Assembly: GCA_964016885.1 (NCBI GenBank)
Contig: OZ024752.1
Span: 40,486,001 to 40,550,000, forward strand
Direction: 5' to 3'
DNA length: 64,000 nt
DNA from: Eledone cirrhosa
Taxonomy: Eukaryota
Part shown: positions 37,830-49,921 of the stretch, one piece after another
How positions within the stretch are numbered: the stretch's first letter is position 1
How the letters are laid out: every line of letters begins with the position of its first letter
The notes under the pieces: generated by a model
The model's database searches: none
What the model was told of the DNA's origin: nothing
Seen by the model: only the letters and a program-made list of their open reading frames with translations
Position numbers and translations under genes: made by a program

Positions 37830-40800
37830 GATGGCGGCGCATTGGCAGAACCAGTAGAGTGTCGGACAACATGCTTTGCCGTGACAAAAAACAGCCACTC
37901 CACACTGTAAAGTGGTCGTGTTGGTGTCATGACGAAAAACACCCAGTCCACACTGTAAAGTGGTCGTGTTGGTGTCATGACAAAAAGCACCCAGTCCACA
38001 TTGTAAAGTGGTCGTGTTGGTGTCATGACAAAAAGCACCCAGTCCACACTGTAAAGTGGTCGTGTTGGTGTCATGACAAAAAACACCCAGTCCACATTGT
38101 AAAGTGGTCGTGTTGGTGTCATGACAAAAAGCACCCAGTCCACACTGTAAAGTGGTCGTGTTGGTGTCATGACAAAAAGCACCCAGTCCACACTGTAAAG
38201 TGGTCGTGTTGGTGTCATGACAAAAAGCACCCAGTCCACACTGTAAAGTGGTCGTGTTGGTGTCATGACAAAAAGCACCCAGTCCACACTGTAAAGTGGT
38301 CGTGTTGGTGTCATGACAAAAAGCACCCAGTCCACACTGTAAAGTGGTTATGTTGGTGTCATGACGAAAAACACCCAGTCCACACTGTAAAGTGGTCGTG
38401 TTGGTGTCATGACAAAAAACACCCAGTCCACATTGTAAAGTGGTCGTGTTGGTGTCATGACAAAAAGCACCCAGTCCACACTGTAAAGTGGTCGTGTTGG
38501 TGTCATGACAAAAAGCACCCAGTCCACACTGTAAAGTGGTCGTGTTGGTGTCATGACAAAAAACACCCAGTCCACACTGTAAAGTGGTCGTGTTGGTGTC
38601 ATGACAAAAAACACCCAGTCCACACTGTAAAGTGGTCGTGTTGGTGTCATGACAAAAAGCACCCAGTCCACACTGTAAAGTGGTCGTGTTGGTGTCATGA
38701 CGAAAAGCACCCAGTCCACACTGTAAAGTGGTCGTGTTGGTGTCATGACGAAAAGCACCCAGTCCACACTGTAAAGTGGTCGTGTTGGTGTCATGACGAA
38801 AAGCACCCAGTCCACACTGTAAAGTGGTCGTGTTGGTGTCATGACGAAAAGCACCCAGTCCACACTGTAAAGTGGTCGTGTTGGTGTCATGACAAAAAGC
38901 ACCCAGTCCACACTGTAAAGTGGTCGTGTTGGTGTCATGACGAAAAGCACCCAGTCCACACTGTAAAGTGGTCGTGTTGGTGTCATGACGAAAAGCACCC
39001 AGTCCACACTGTAAAGTGGTCGTGTTGGTGTCATGACAAAAAGCACCCAGTCCACACTGTAAAGTGGTCGTGTTGGTGTCATGACAAAAAGCACCCAGTC
39101 CACACTGTAAAGTGGTCGTGTTGGTGTCATGACAAAAAGCACCCAGTCCACACTGTAAAGTGGTCGTGTTGGTGTCATGACGAAAAGCACCCAGTCCACA
39201 CTGTAAAGTGGTCGTGTTGGTGTCATGGCAAAAAGAACCCAGTCCACATTGTAAAGTGGTCGTGTTGGTGTCATGACGAAAAACACCCAGTCCACATTGT
39301 AAAGTGGTCGTGTTGGTGTCATAACAAAAAGCACCCAGTCCACATTGTAAAGTGGTCGTGTTGGTGTCATGACAAAAAGCACCCAGTCCACATTGTAAAG
39401 TGGTCGTGTTGGTGTCATGACGAAAAACACCCAGTCCACATTGTAAAGTGGTCGTGTTGGTGTCATGACAAAAAGCACCCAGTCCACACTGTAAAGTGGT
39501 CGTGTTGGTGTCATGACGAAAAGCACCCAGTCCACACTGTAAAGTGGTCGTGTTGGTGTCATGGCAAAAAGCACCCAGTCCACATTGTAAAGTGGTCGTG
39601 TTGGTGTCATGACGAAAAACACCCAGTCCACATTGTAAAGTGGTCGTGTTGGTGTCATGACAAAAAGCACCCAGTCCACATTGTAAAGTGGTCGTGTTGG
39701 TGTCATGACAAAAAGCACCCAGTCCACATTGTAAAGTGGTCGTGTTGGTGTCATGACGAAAAACACCCAGTCCACATTGTAAAGTGGTCGTGTTGGTGTC
39801 ATGACAAAAAGCACCCAGTCCACACTGTAAAGTGGTCATGTTGGTGTCATAACAAAAAGCACCCAGTCCACACTGTAAAGTGGTCGTGTTGGTGTCATGG
39901 CAAAAAGCACCCAGTCCACATTGTAAAGTGGTCGTGTTGGTGTCATGACAAAAAGCACCCAGTCCACACTGTAAAGTGGTCGTGTTGGTGTCATGACAAA
40001 AAACACCCAGTCCACATTGTAAAGTGGTCGTGTTGGTGTCATGACAAAAAGCACCCAGTCCACATTGTAAAGTGGTCGTGTTGGTGTCATGACGAAAAAC
40101 ACCCAGTCCACATTGTAAAGTGGTCGTGTTGGTGTCATGACAAAAAGCACCCAGTCCACATTGTAAAGTGGTCGTGTTGGTGTCATGACGAAAAACACCC
40201 AGTCCACATTGTAAAGTGGTCGTGTTGGTGTCATGACAAAAAGCACCCAGTCCACACTGTAAAGTGGTCGTGTTGGTGTCATGACGAAAAACACCCAGTC
40301 CACACTGTAAAGTGGTCGTGTTGGTGTCATGACAAAAAACACCCAGTCCACACTGTAAAGTGGTCGTGTTGGTTCTCATGACAAAAAGCACCCAGTCCAC
40401 ACTGTAAAGTGGTCGTGTTGGTCTCATGACGAAAAACACCCAGTCCACACTGTAAAGTGGTCGTGTTGGTGTCATAACAAAAAACACCCAGTCCACATTG
40501 TAAAGTGGTTGTGTTGGTGTCATGACGAAAAACACCCAGTCCACACTGTAAAGTAGTCGTGTTGGTGTCATGACAAAAAGCACCCAGTCCACACTGTAAA
40601 GTGGTCGTGTTGGTGTCATGACAAAAAACACCCAGTCCACACTGTAAAGTAGTCGTGTTGGTGTCATGACAAAAAGCACCCAGTCCACATTGTAAAGTGG
40701 TCGTGTTGGTGTCATGACAAAAAACACCCAGTCCACACTGTAAAGTAGTCGTGTTGGTGTCATGACAAAAAGCACCCAGTCCACACTGTAAAGTGGTCGT

Positions 40801-41880
40801 GTTGGTGTCATGACAAAAAACACCCAGTCCACACTGTAAAGTAGTCGTGTTGGTGTCATGACAAAAAGCACCCAGTCCACACTGTAAAGTGGTCGTGTTG
40901 GTGTCATGACAAAAAACACCCAGTCCACACTGTAAAGTGGTCGTGTTGGTGTCATGACGAAAAACACCCAGTCCACATTGTAAAGTGGTCGTGTTGGTGT
41001 CATGACAAAAAGCACCCAGTCCACATTGTAAAGTGGTCGTGTTGGTGTCATGACAAAAAGCACCCAGTCCACATTGTAAAGTGGTCGTGTTGGTGTCATG
41101 ACGAAAAACACCCAGTCCACATTGTAAAGTGGTCGTGTTGGTGTCATGACAAAAAGCACCCAGTCCACACTGTAAAGTGGTCGTGTTGGTGTCATGACGA
41201 AAAACACCCAGTCCACACTGTAAAGTGGTCGTGTTGGTGTCATGACAAAAAACACCCAGTCCACACTGTAAAGTGGTCGTGTTGGTTCTCATGACAAAAA
41301 GCACCCAGTCCACACTGTAAAGTGGTCGTGTTGGTGTCATGACGAAAAACACCCAGTCCACACTGTAAAGTGGTCGTGTTGGTGTCATAACAAAAAACAC
41401 CCAGTCCACATTGTAAAGTGGTTGTGTTGGTGTCATGACAAAAAACACCCAGTCCACACTGTAAAGTGGTCGTGTTGGTGTCATGACAAAAAACACCCAG
41501 TCCACATTGTAAAGTGGTCGTGTTGGTGTCATGACAAAAAACACCCAGTCCACACTGTAAAGTGGTCGTGTTGGTGTCATGACAAAAAACACCCAGTCCA
41601 CACTGTAAAGTGGTCGTGTTGGTGTCATGACGAAAAACACCCAGTCCACACTGTAAAGTGGTCGTGTTGGTGTCATAACAAAAAGCACCCAGTCCACACT
41701 GTAAATGTAGTTGGTGTTAGCAAGGTCATCCAACCGTAGAATCAAGCCAGAAACAGTCCTGTATGAGCAAGACATGACTTGTCTCACAACGGGACAATCC
41801 ATCTAACTCATGCTTGCATGGAAAAATACATGTTAAACAGTGATGTTGAAGATGATGATGATGATGATGATGATAATGAT
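37830..41880 (+). repeat. 48-bp VNTR (~80 copies, 37880-41705) between a SINE head and a LINE/SINE tail
   Basis: Unit gtcatgacaaaaagcacccagtccacactgtaaagtggtcgtgttggt; family-2 head at 37830; tail gttggtgttagcaagg...(GAT)n. Confidence 0.95.
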
Positions 41881-42187
41881 TTCTAGTATAGGCACAAAGC
41901 CAGTAATTTGTGGGGAGGGGAAAGTCGATTAAATCGATCCCAGTGTATGACTGGTACTTTATTCTATCGCCCCCCCCCCCCCCCCCCGTAAGGATGAAAG
42001 GCAAAGTTGACCTCGGCGGGATTTGAACTCAGAACGTAAAAGGCTGTCATTCAATGCCACACAGCAAGGTGTCCGATGCTCTACCAATTTTGCCAATCCA
42101 TCACCTTTGATGATGGTAGTGGTTCCATATCCTGGGACTTCTGTTTATATGACTCCGAGTTCAAGTCTAGGATTCAGTTGAGAATGT

Positions 42188-42910
42188 TTCATCATCATCA
42201 TCATCATCATCATCGTTTAGCGTCCATATTCTACGCTTGCATGGGTTTGGACGGGGGTTTTCCCACTTGAGGCAAGAGTGGTTGTCTTGCTCGCATAGGA
42301 TTGTCTGGCGGGTTTTCAACAGTTGGATGCCCTTCCTAACACCAACCACATTTACAGTATGGAACTGGGAGGTTTTTACCGTGTTGCCTACACGGCCACA
42401 TTACAGCGTGGACTGTCTGGCGGGTTTTCTACAGCTGGATGCCCTTCCTAACACCAACCACATTTACAGTGTGGGGCTGGGAGGTTTTTACCGTGTTGCC
42501 TACACGGCCACATTACAGCGTGGACTGTCTGGCGGGTTTTCTACAGCTGGATGCCCTTCCTAACACCAACCACATTTACAGTGTGGGGCTGGGAGGTTTT
42601 TACCGTGTTGCCTACACGGCCACATTACAGCGTGGACTGTCTGGCGGGTTTTCTACAGCTGGATGCCCTTCCTAACACCAACCACATTTACAGTATGGAA
42701 CTGGGAGGTTTTTACCGTGTTGCCTACACGGCCACATTACAGCGTGGACTGTGTGTTTTTTTTGTCGTGACACCTACATGACCTCATTTGTTTCGGCCTG
42801 GATGTTGTGGCACCAACATAGCTTTACATTGAAAGGGGTGGTGTGGATGGGGTGGGGGTGTGTTTTGATAGAGATGCCTACTGACTGTAGTAGGTTTTGC
42901 TTTGTATTTA
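42188..42910 (-). mobile_element. RTE LINE 3'UTR with internal 112-bp tandem repeats; near-identical longer copy at 46418-47185 including ORF end GVGRPRKTW
   Basis: Direct comparison of both copies; (ATC)n tail on the + strand. Confidence 0.85.
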
Positions 42911-42970
42911 TATATATTTCTAAATCAACTTGTTTTTCTTTTTCTATTCTTTTTTGTTTATTTCTTTTAG

Positions 42971-43044
42971 GAATTCATCGAGATTTTAATGTGGTAAAGT
43001 CAATGACCTTAGATGTTAAAGTATGGACCACGTCACTAATAGAA
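42971..43044 (+). CDS. ARAP: ARAP-like exon: ArfGAP Arg finger, GIHRDFNVVKSMTLDVKVWTTSLIE
   Basis: tttctttTAG / GTAAGT; GIHR and S-x-T-L-D...W ArfGAP motifs. Confidence 0.95.
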
Positions 43045-43247
43045 GTAAGTTGTCTTTGTATTAGTATTAATAGAAGTAAGTTATCTTTGTATTAGTATTA
43101 ATAGAAGTAAGTTGTCTTTGTATTAGTATTAATAGAAGTAAGTTGTATTGGTATTAATATTAGTATTATTAGTATTGGTATTGGTTTTCTTTTATAGAGT
43201 TTATAAGGGAGTTTATAATGGAAGTTCTCTGATCATTATTTTACAAA

Positions 43248-43443
43248 TGGCGGTGGATTGGCAGTATCGGTAGAGGGTCGGACGCCATGCTTTCCAGCAT
43301 AGTTACGTCCCTTTACGATCTGAGTTCAAATCCCGCCGAGGTTGACTTTGCCTTTCATCCTTACGGGGGGTCGATAAAATAAAAGTACCAGTAATGCACT
43401 CTGGGTAATTGCTGGCCTTGTGCCAAAAGTAGAGACAATTATT
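43248..43443 (+). mobile_element. Family-2 tRNA-like SINE (~190 bp); copies at ~22706, 23268, 23912, 24108, 25410(-), 41878(-), 49585, 59675
   Basis: ggattggcagtatcggtag head, GAGTTCAAATCC B box, gcctttcatccttacggggtcgataaaataaagtacc core; clear TSDs such as attattgcttcttcata at 49561 and 49769. Confidence 0.88.
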
Positions 43444-43744
43444 TTACAAATGTAAAACATGGGCGGAGGTGGTGAGAGCAGACCTCAGATCGCTGAAGCT
43501 CACGGAGGAGATGACGAAGGACCGTGACAAATGGAGAGATGCCGTGCTTAATAAGACCCGTCCCACCCTTGCAAGCAGGGGAAAGCGGACGTAAAATGAT
43601 GATGATGATGATGATGATGATTTATTTATTTTTTTTAAATTCATATCAGTGGTCCGTGGGATTTAAAATGATGAATTTAGTGGGCCGCGAGGTCCAAAAG
43701 GTTGGCCGACGGCTGGGTTAAGACGATCTATGCATCATTGCAGT

Positions 43745-44460
43745 TACTATGACCCAGTCGCTATGGTCCAGTTGCTACGATCCAGTTGTTACGGTTCAGT
43801 TGCTACGATCCAGTTACTATGACCCAGTCGCTATGACCCAGTTGCTACGATCTAGTTGCTATGACCCAGTTACTATGACCCAGTCGCTACGGTCCAGTTG
43901 CTATGACCCAGTTGCTACGGTTCAGTTGCTACGATCCAGTTACTATGACCCAGTCGCTATGGTCCAGTTGCTACGATCCAGTTGCTATGACCCAGTTGCT
44001 ACGGTTCAGTTGGTACGATCTAGTTGCTATGACCCAGTTGCTACGGTTCAGTTGCTACGATCCAGTTACTATGACCCAGTCACTATGGTCCAGTTGCTAC
44101 GATCCAGTTGCTATGACCCAATTGCTACGGTTCAGTTGCTACGATCTAGTTGCTCTGATCCAGTTGCTACGGTTCAGTTGCTACGATCCAGTTGCTCTGA
44201 TCCAGTTGCTACGATCCAGTTGCTATGACCCAGTTGCTACGGTTCAGTTGCTACGATCTAGTTGCTATGACCCAGTTGCTACGGTTCAGTTGCTACGATC
44301 CAGTTACTATGACCCAGTTGCTATGGTCCAGTTGCTACGATCCAGTTGCTATGACCCAATTGCTACGGTTCAGTTGCTACGATCTAGTTGCTCTGATCCA
44401 GTTGCTACGGTTCAGTTGCTACGATCCAGTTGCTACGATCCAGTTGCTATGACCCAGTTA
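43745..44460. repeat. 14-bp variant minisatellite (gatccagttgctac)
   Basis: Visible directly. Confidence 0.93.
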
Positions 44461-44572
44461 TTATTTTATATTTACATATCTATGTTTAATTGTAATTGGT
44501 ATGATCCAAAATATAATCAGAAAAAGTAAATGATCACAATTTTTTTTTTTTTTTCTTTCTTTAACATTGCAG

Positions 44573-44755
44573 TTACTTCTTATGATTGGTAATGATAATG
44601 CAAATAACTTTTGGGAATTTAGTAAAAATCCAGACTTTGTCATTGACTGGGACACAAATGAAGTAGAACGTAAGCGGTTTATTCACAATAAATACAAGAA
44701 CAAAGCTTTTGTTAACTACCATCCTGCTTATAAAAATCATGAGGACTTAAATGAG
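44573..44755 (+). CDS. ARAP: ARAP-like exon: ArfGAP C-terminal part, LLLMIGNDNANNFWE...RKRFIHNKYKNKAF...LNE
   Basis: CAG / GTAATT; GN-x-x-AN-x-FWE and R-x-x-FI-x-x-KY ArfGAP motifs. Confidence 0.95.
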
Positions 44756-44829
44756 GTAATTTTATTTGACTATTTGTTTTCATTCTTTAAAAAAAATTTT
44801 TTTTTATTAATCTATGCTAATAATATTTG

Positions 44830-44865
<36 letters not shown>

Positions 44866-44917
44866 TTAGTGAAATAAAATAACAAGGACAATTGGTTACC
44901 TCCTTCATTACGTTTAT

Positions 44918-45012
44918 TGGTTGGTGACGCGCGTTTCACCACTGATCAGCTCAAGGTTCGATCTGTATCGATCTATCCCGACTCTGTAGTAATCTGCGGC
45001 TCGTCAGACCCC
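44918..45012 (-). ncRNA. Type I hammerhead ribozyme-like motif (Penelope-type), antisense to the gene
   Basis: Minus strand: ggt-CUGACGA-gccgc...gtggt-GAAA-cgcgc-GUC-acc, with palindromic stem III acgcgcgt. Confidence 0.6.
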
Positions 45013-45179
45013 TTATAATGGTAATGGAAAAAGGAATCCTGGATATATATATATATATGATTCCAGTTCCTCAGAGGAATAACAACACAACCAGGAGGTG
45101 GATTGACGTATTGATGGAGTAAAACACACTTCTATAATTTATAATAAACGAACCCAAATTTTACATATTTGGCTTAATT

Positions 45180-45213
<34 letters not shown>

Positions 45214-45661
45214 GCACATGGAGGCACATGGCTTAGTGGTTAGAGCATTGGCCTTGCAATCGAAAGGTTGTGAGTTCAATTCTCAGACTGGGTGATGTGT
45301 TGTTTCCTTGAGCAAGACACTTTATTTCACATTGCTCCAGTTTACTCAGCTGCAAGGGTGGGACGGGAACTGATTCTGGCTTGATTTCTACAGCTGGATG
45401 CCCTTCCTAACACCAACCTCATTTACAGTGAGTGCTGAGTGCTTTTTTGCCGTGGCACCTCCACGACCACTTTGCGGTGGAATGATAGGGACCCCAGTCC
45501 CTATCATCTCATTTCTACAGCTGAGTAAACTGGAGCAATGTGAAATAAAGTGTCTTGCTCAAGGAAACAACACATCGCCCGGTCTGAGAATTGAACTCAC
45601 AACCTTTCGATCAAAGCCAATGCTCTAACCACTAAGCCATGTGCCTTCATTGATGATGATG

Positions 45662-45835
<174 letters not shown>

Positions 45836-46313
45836 CATCATTTAATGTCTATTTTCCTTGCTTGTATATATATGTATATAATCATTTAATGTCTATTTTC
45901 CTTGCTTGTATATATATATATATATATAATCATCATTTAATGTCTATTTTCCTTGCTTGTATATATATATATGTATATAATCATCATTTAATGTCTATTT
46001 TCCTTGCTTGTATATATATATATATATATATATGTATATAATCATCATTTAATGTCTATTTTCCTTGCTTGTATATATATATATATATATATGTATATAA
46101 TCATCATTTAATGTCTATTTTCCTTGCTTGTCTATTAGTATATATATGTATATATATGTGTGTGTGTGTATATTTTATTAGATTTGTTATCGAAAGTAAT
46201 TGAGAGAAGCAAAGATATGAAAAATTAGAGATTTATTGCATTTTGGTGATAAGGATGATTATCCTGGTAAATGAATATGTCTTATGAAGTATAATTCATT
46301 TCATCTCCTATAG

Positions 46314-46382
46314 GCCCTCCTAAAAGCTGCACAAGAAGATGATGTGCTGAAGACAATGAAGATTCTGTATTCAGGAGCAGAT
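46314..46382 (+). CDS. ARAP: ARAP-like exon: ankyrin-like, ALLKAAQEDDVLKTMKILYSGAD
   Basis: TAG / GTAAGT, ankyrin-type L-x-x-GAD. Confidence 0.9.
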
Positions 46383-48022
46383 GTAAGTAGAAACTGACAT
46401 ATCTTTGTTTGTTATTCATCATCATCATCATCATCATCATCATCGTTTAACGTCCATGTTCCACGTTTGCATGGGTTTGGACGGGAGTTTTCCCACTTGA
46501 GGCAAGAGTGGTTGTCTTGCTCGCATAGGACTGTCTGGCAGGTTTTCTACAGTTGGATGCCCTTCCTAACACCAACCACATTTGCAGTGTGGGGCTGGGA
46601 GGTTTTTACCGTGTTGCCTACACGGCCACATTACAGCGCGGACTGTCTGGCGGGTTTTCTACAGCTGGATGCCCTTCCTAACACCAACCACATTTACAGT
46701 GTGGGGCTGGGAGGTTTTTACCGTGTTGCCTACACGGCCACATTACAGCGTGGACTGTCTGGCGGGTTTTCTACGGCTGGATGCCCTTCCTAACACCAAC
46801 CACATTTACAGTGTGGGGCTGGGAGGTTTTTACCGTGTTGCCTACACGGCCACATTACAGCGTGGACTGTGTGTTTTTTTGTCGTGACACCTACACGATC
46901 TCATTTGTTTCGGCCTGGATGTTGTGGCACCAACATAACTTTACATTGAAAGGGGCGGTGTGGATGGGGTGGGGGTGGTGGGACGGGGGGTGTATTTTGT
47001 TAGAGATGCCTACTGACTGTAGTAGGTTTTACTTTGTATTTAGGTAAGGCGGGTCTTCTCTATTACTGAGTGCCGCCAAAGATCTCGGTCCAGTGACATT
47101 GTCTTGGAGAGGTGTAAGTGTGTGAGGTCGGAGTTTATCAGGTCGTCCCAGGTTTTTCTGGGTCTGCCTACTCCGTGGCTACCGTGTTATTGTAAAATGA
47201 ATTCCATATTAGAGTTTCATGTTGTCTGCTTTTGGAACTAAATTCCTTCTTTTTTTAATTAATGCTGATCTAATTTCAATGTCTGTAAATCTTGAAATAT
47301 TCCAAGATATCTGAAACTTATATTAGTTCCAGAAATGTTTGTTATCTTCTAAATAGTTCTAGAAATGCTATCACCAACACATAATTTCTCAAGTTGTTTG
47401 TTGGTCTGGAAAGTTATAGAGATCTCTATGATGGAGTATTGTTTTAAATATACAGGTGTATACTCTTCTGGTAGTAGTAACAGGTATAGTTGGTTCTATA
47501 GATGACTGAAGCTAACTGTTTCAAGATATGACAGATTTATAATTGTTTCAAAGAATGACGGTTTCTGGTTAGTTCTAGAAATGCCATCTCTGTCTGATAC
47601 TAGAGATGATGTGATAGTATTTCTGACCAGCGTTCGAGGTAGCCATATCTATGATTGACTCAAGAGATGAAATCATCTCTGGACATTTCTAGAAATGCCT
47701 ATATCTCTGGCCAGTTCTAGACATGATAGTATCTCTGACTGGAACTAGAAATGCCAGCCAGTTTTAAGAATAATAGCATCTTTGGCTTATTCTGAAAATG
47801 ACACCATCTCTGTCTTGTCCTACAGGTGACAGTATATCTGGGCTGTTCTAGGACAGCTCTATAAATGATACCATCTCTTTGTCCTACAGGTGACAGTATA
47901 TCTGGCTTGTCCTAGGAATAATAACAGATTTATGTCAAAATATTTCTTTAACTTCATTTTCTTTACTTTTATGTGAATATTTTTTAGAATGTTTTCTATT
48001 TAGTTTCTCTTTTTCTTTGCAG

Positions 48023-48059
48023 ATTAATTATTATTCACCGAACAATCCCAATATGACAG
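48023..48059 (+). CDS. ARAP: ARAP-like exon: INYYSPNNPNMT
   Basis: ttttctttgCAG / GTAATT; continues GAD|IN; phase 0-1. Confidence 0.85.
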
Positions 48060-49475
48060 GTAATTACATTTCCTTTGTTTTCTGTTTTTTCATTTATTTT
48101 TAATAAATTTCTTTTAAAGATAGTTTCTAGTTCCCTAACTCCCGAGGGAGTCATAGGAGCACTGTATTGACATACAGCGTTTATAGGGCTTTTTTGAAAA
48201 ATAGGTGGAGCCCATCTCCTCTTCAGGTTTGTATACAGCAGATTTCTTTCTGCAAAGTCATCATGTAGGTGTCATGGCACACAGCCCACTTTGTAAGGTG
48301 GTCGTGTAGGTGTCACAACTAAAAGCAACCAGCCCACACTGCAAAGTGGTTGTGTAGGAATCACGAGAAAAAGCACCCAGTACTCACTGTAAATGTGGTT
48401 GGCGTTAGGAACGGCATCCAGCCACAGAAATCTAGCCAGAAACAGTTCTATATGAGTAAGACATGATCACCTGACCCAGCTTGCCTCTAACAGGACAACC
48501 TGTCTAACCCATGCTAGCGTGGAAAATGGACGTTAAACGATGACAACGATGATGATGATAGGATCTGGTACATACTAGTAAAGACTTTGCTTTGCTGAGG
48601 AAGCCTAATAAAACTGAAAAAAACATGTCTGGAGTTGCCACTGTACTTGCCAAAAATCAGACTCTCATTGCATATGCACATTCAATTTACAATTAATCTT
48701 GATTGATCTAGATTCTAAATTGTTTCTCCTGCTTTTTTTGACCAGAATTAATCAAGCCTTTTTTATCTCTTCGTTATGAATGCAATTTTAATTAATTAAA
48801 CATTAATTTAGTTAGCACTTAACTACCAATACAATGGAGCTGATAAAAACCCAAAATCTAATCAGAACTGTAATTACACAGTTTTTAAAGATGTGCTCCT
48901 TCTCTAGCTTTTGTCTTAATCCATTGACTGATAAACTCCCTAACCTATTGTGGCAGCTACTCTGGCTTCTTGGAAAAGTTTTTCCAAAAAATGTTTTGGT
49001 GCTTTCGGTTTATGTAAGTTGGAAAAATGCACTGACTCTTCCTGTGATTATTTGAGCTGCAGTTAATATGAAATGAGGTCTCATTGGTCAGGTGATTATA
49101 GTTGTTTGAATGTTGGGTAGAATGCTTTGCGGTATTCACTCCGGCTTTCTGCTGTCTCGGTTCAAATCCCACCAAGGTCAAATTTACCTTTGATCCTTTC
49201 GAGGTTGATAAAAAAAATTACCAGTCAAATACTGGTGTTGATTCTTCCTCTATATATCTTTCTCTCTCTGGAAAAAAATCTACTGTAATGGTGTAAATCA
49301 GACCTGGAGAGGAGATGGGCCCTGCCAGATTTAAAATACCCAAGAAACACTTTATCTCACTATGTTGCCCCTATGACTCGATTAGGAGTCATAGAACCAT
49401 ACCATTCCATACATTTCTAATGAAATACATGTGTTTTTAATCTCTGATTTACACCATTATTTTATACTATTCCAG

Positions 49476-49516
49476 CATACCAACTTGCTAAATCCAGTGG
49501 ACAAAGACTGCAAATA
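49476..49516 (+). CDS. ARAP: ARAP-like exon: ankyrin, AYQLAKSSGQRLQI
   Basis: ttcCAG / GTAAGT; with the next exon gives LA-x-x-x-GQ-x-LQ-x-EFL-x-x-N, which I recall as typical of ARAP proteins. Confidence 0.9.
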
Positions 49517-49921
49517 GTAAGTATTTTTGAGTTTGCACTGTACGGTACTCTCTACTCTACATTATTGCTTCTTCATATACCGGGTGTGGATTGGCAGTAT
49601 CGGTAGAGAGTCGGACGCCATGCTTTCCAGCATAGTTACGTCCTCCCTTTATGGTCTGAATTCAAATCCCGCCGAGGTTAACTTTGCCTTTCATCCTTAC
49701 GGGGTCGATAAAATAAAGTACCAGTAATGCACTGGGTAATTGCTGGCCTTGTGCCTAAAGTAGAAACAATTATTGCTTCTTCATAGATAAAGTAGTGTGA
49801 AGTGTAAAAGTAGTAATGTTGTCTAAGTACTGTGCACTCTGTACTGATACTAAATTTTTAACAATTAAATTTCCCTCATATCACAGCCCTCCTTAAAGTG
49901 ACAACACATTGGATAATGTAA

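Noticed and set aside
37656-41802. 1202-aa, 840-aa and 491-aa repetitive ORFs
   Set aside because: They are translations of a stop-free 48-bp VNTR (a multiple of 3), open in several frames on both strands and intronic to the ARAP gene.
48592-48645. ctgaggaagcc...gaaaaaaacatgtc and 58021 ctgatgagg hammerhead-like starts
   Set aside because: Stems and GAAA box are too degenerate to support a ribozyme call.
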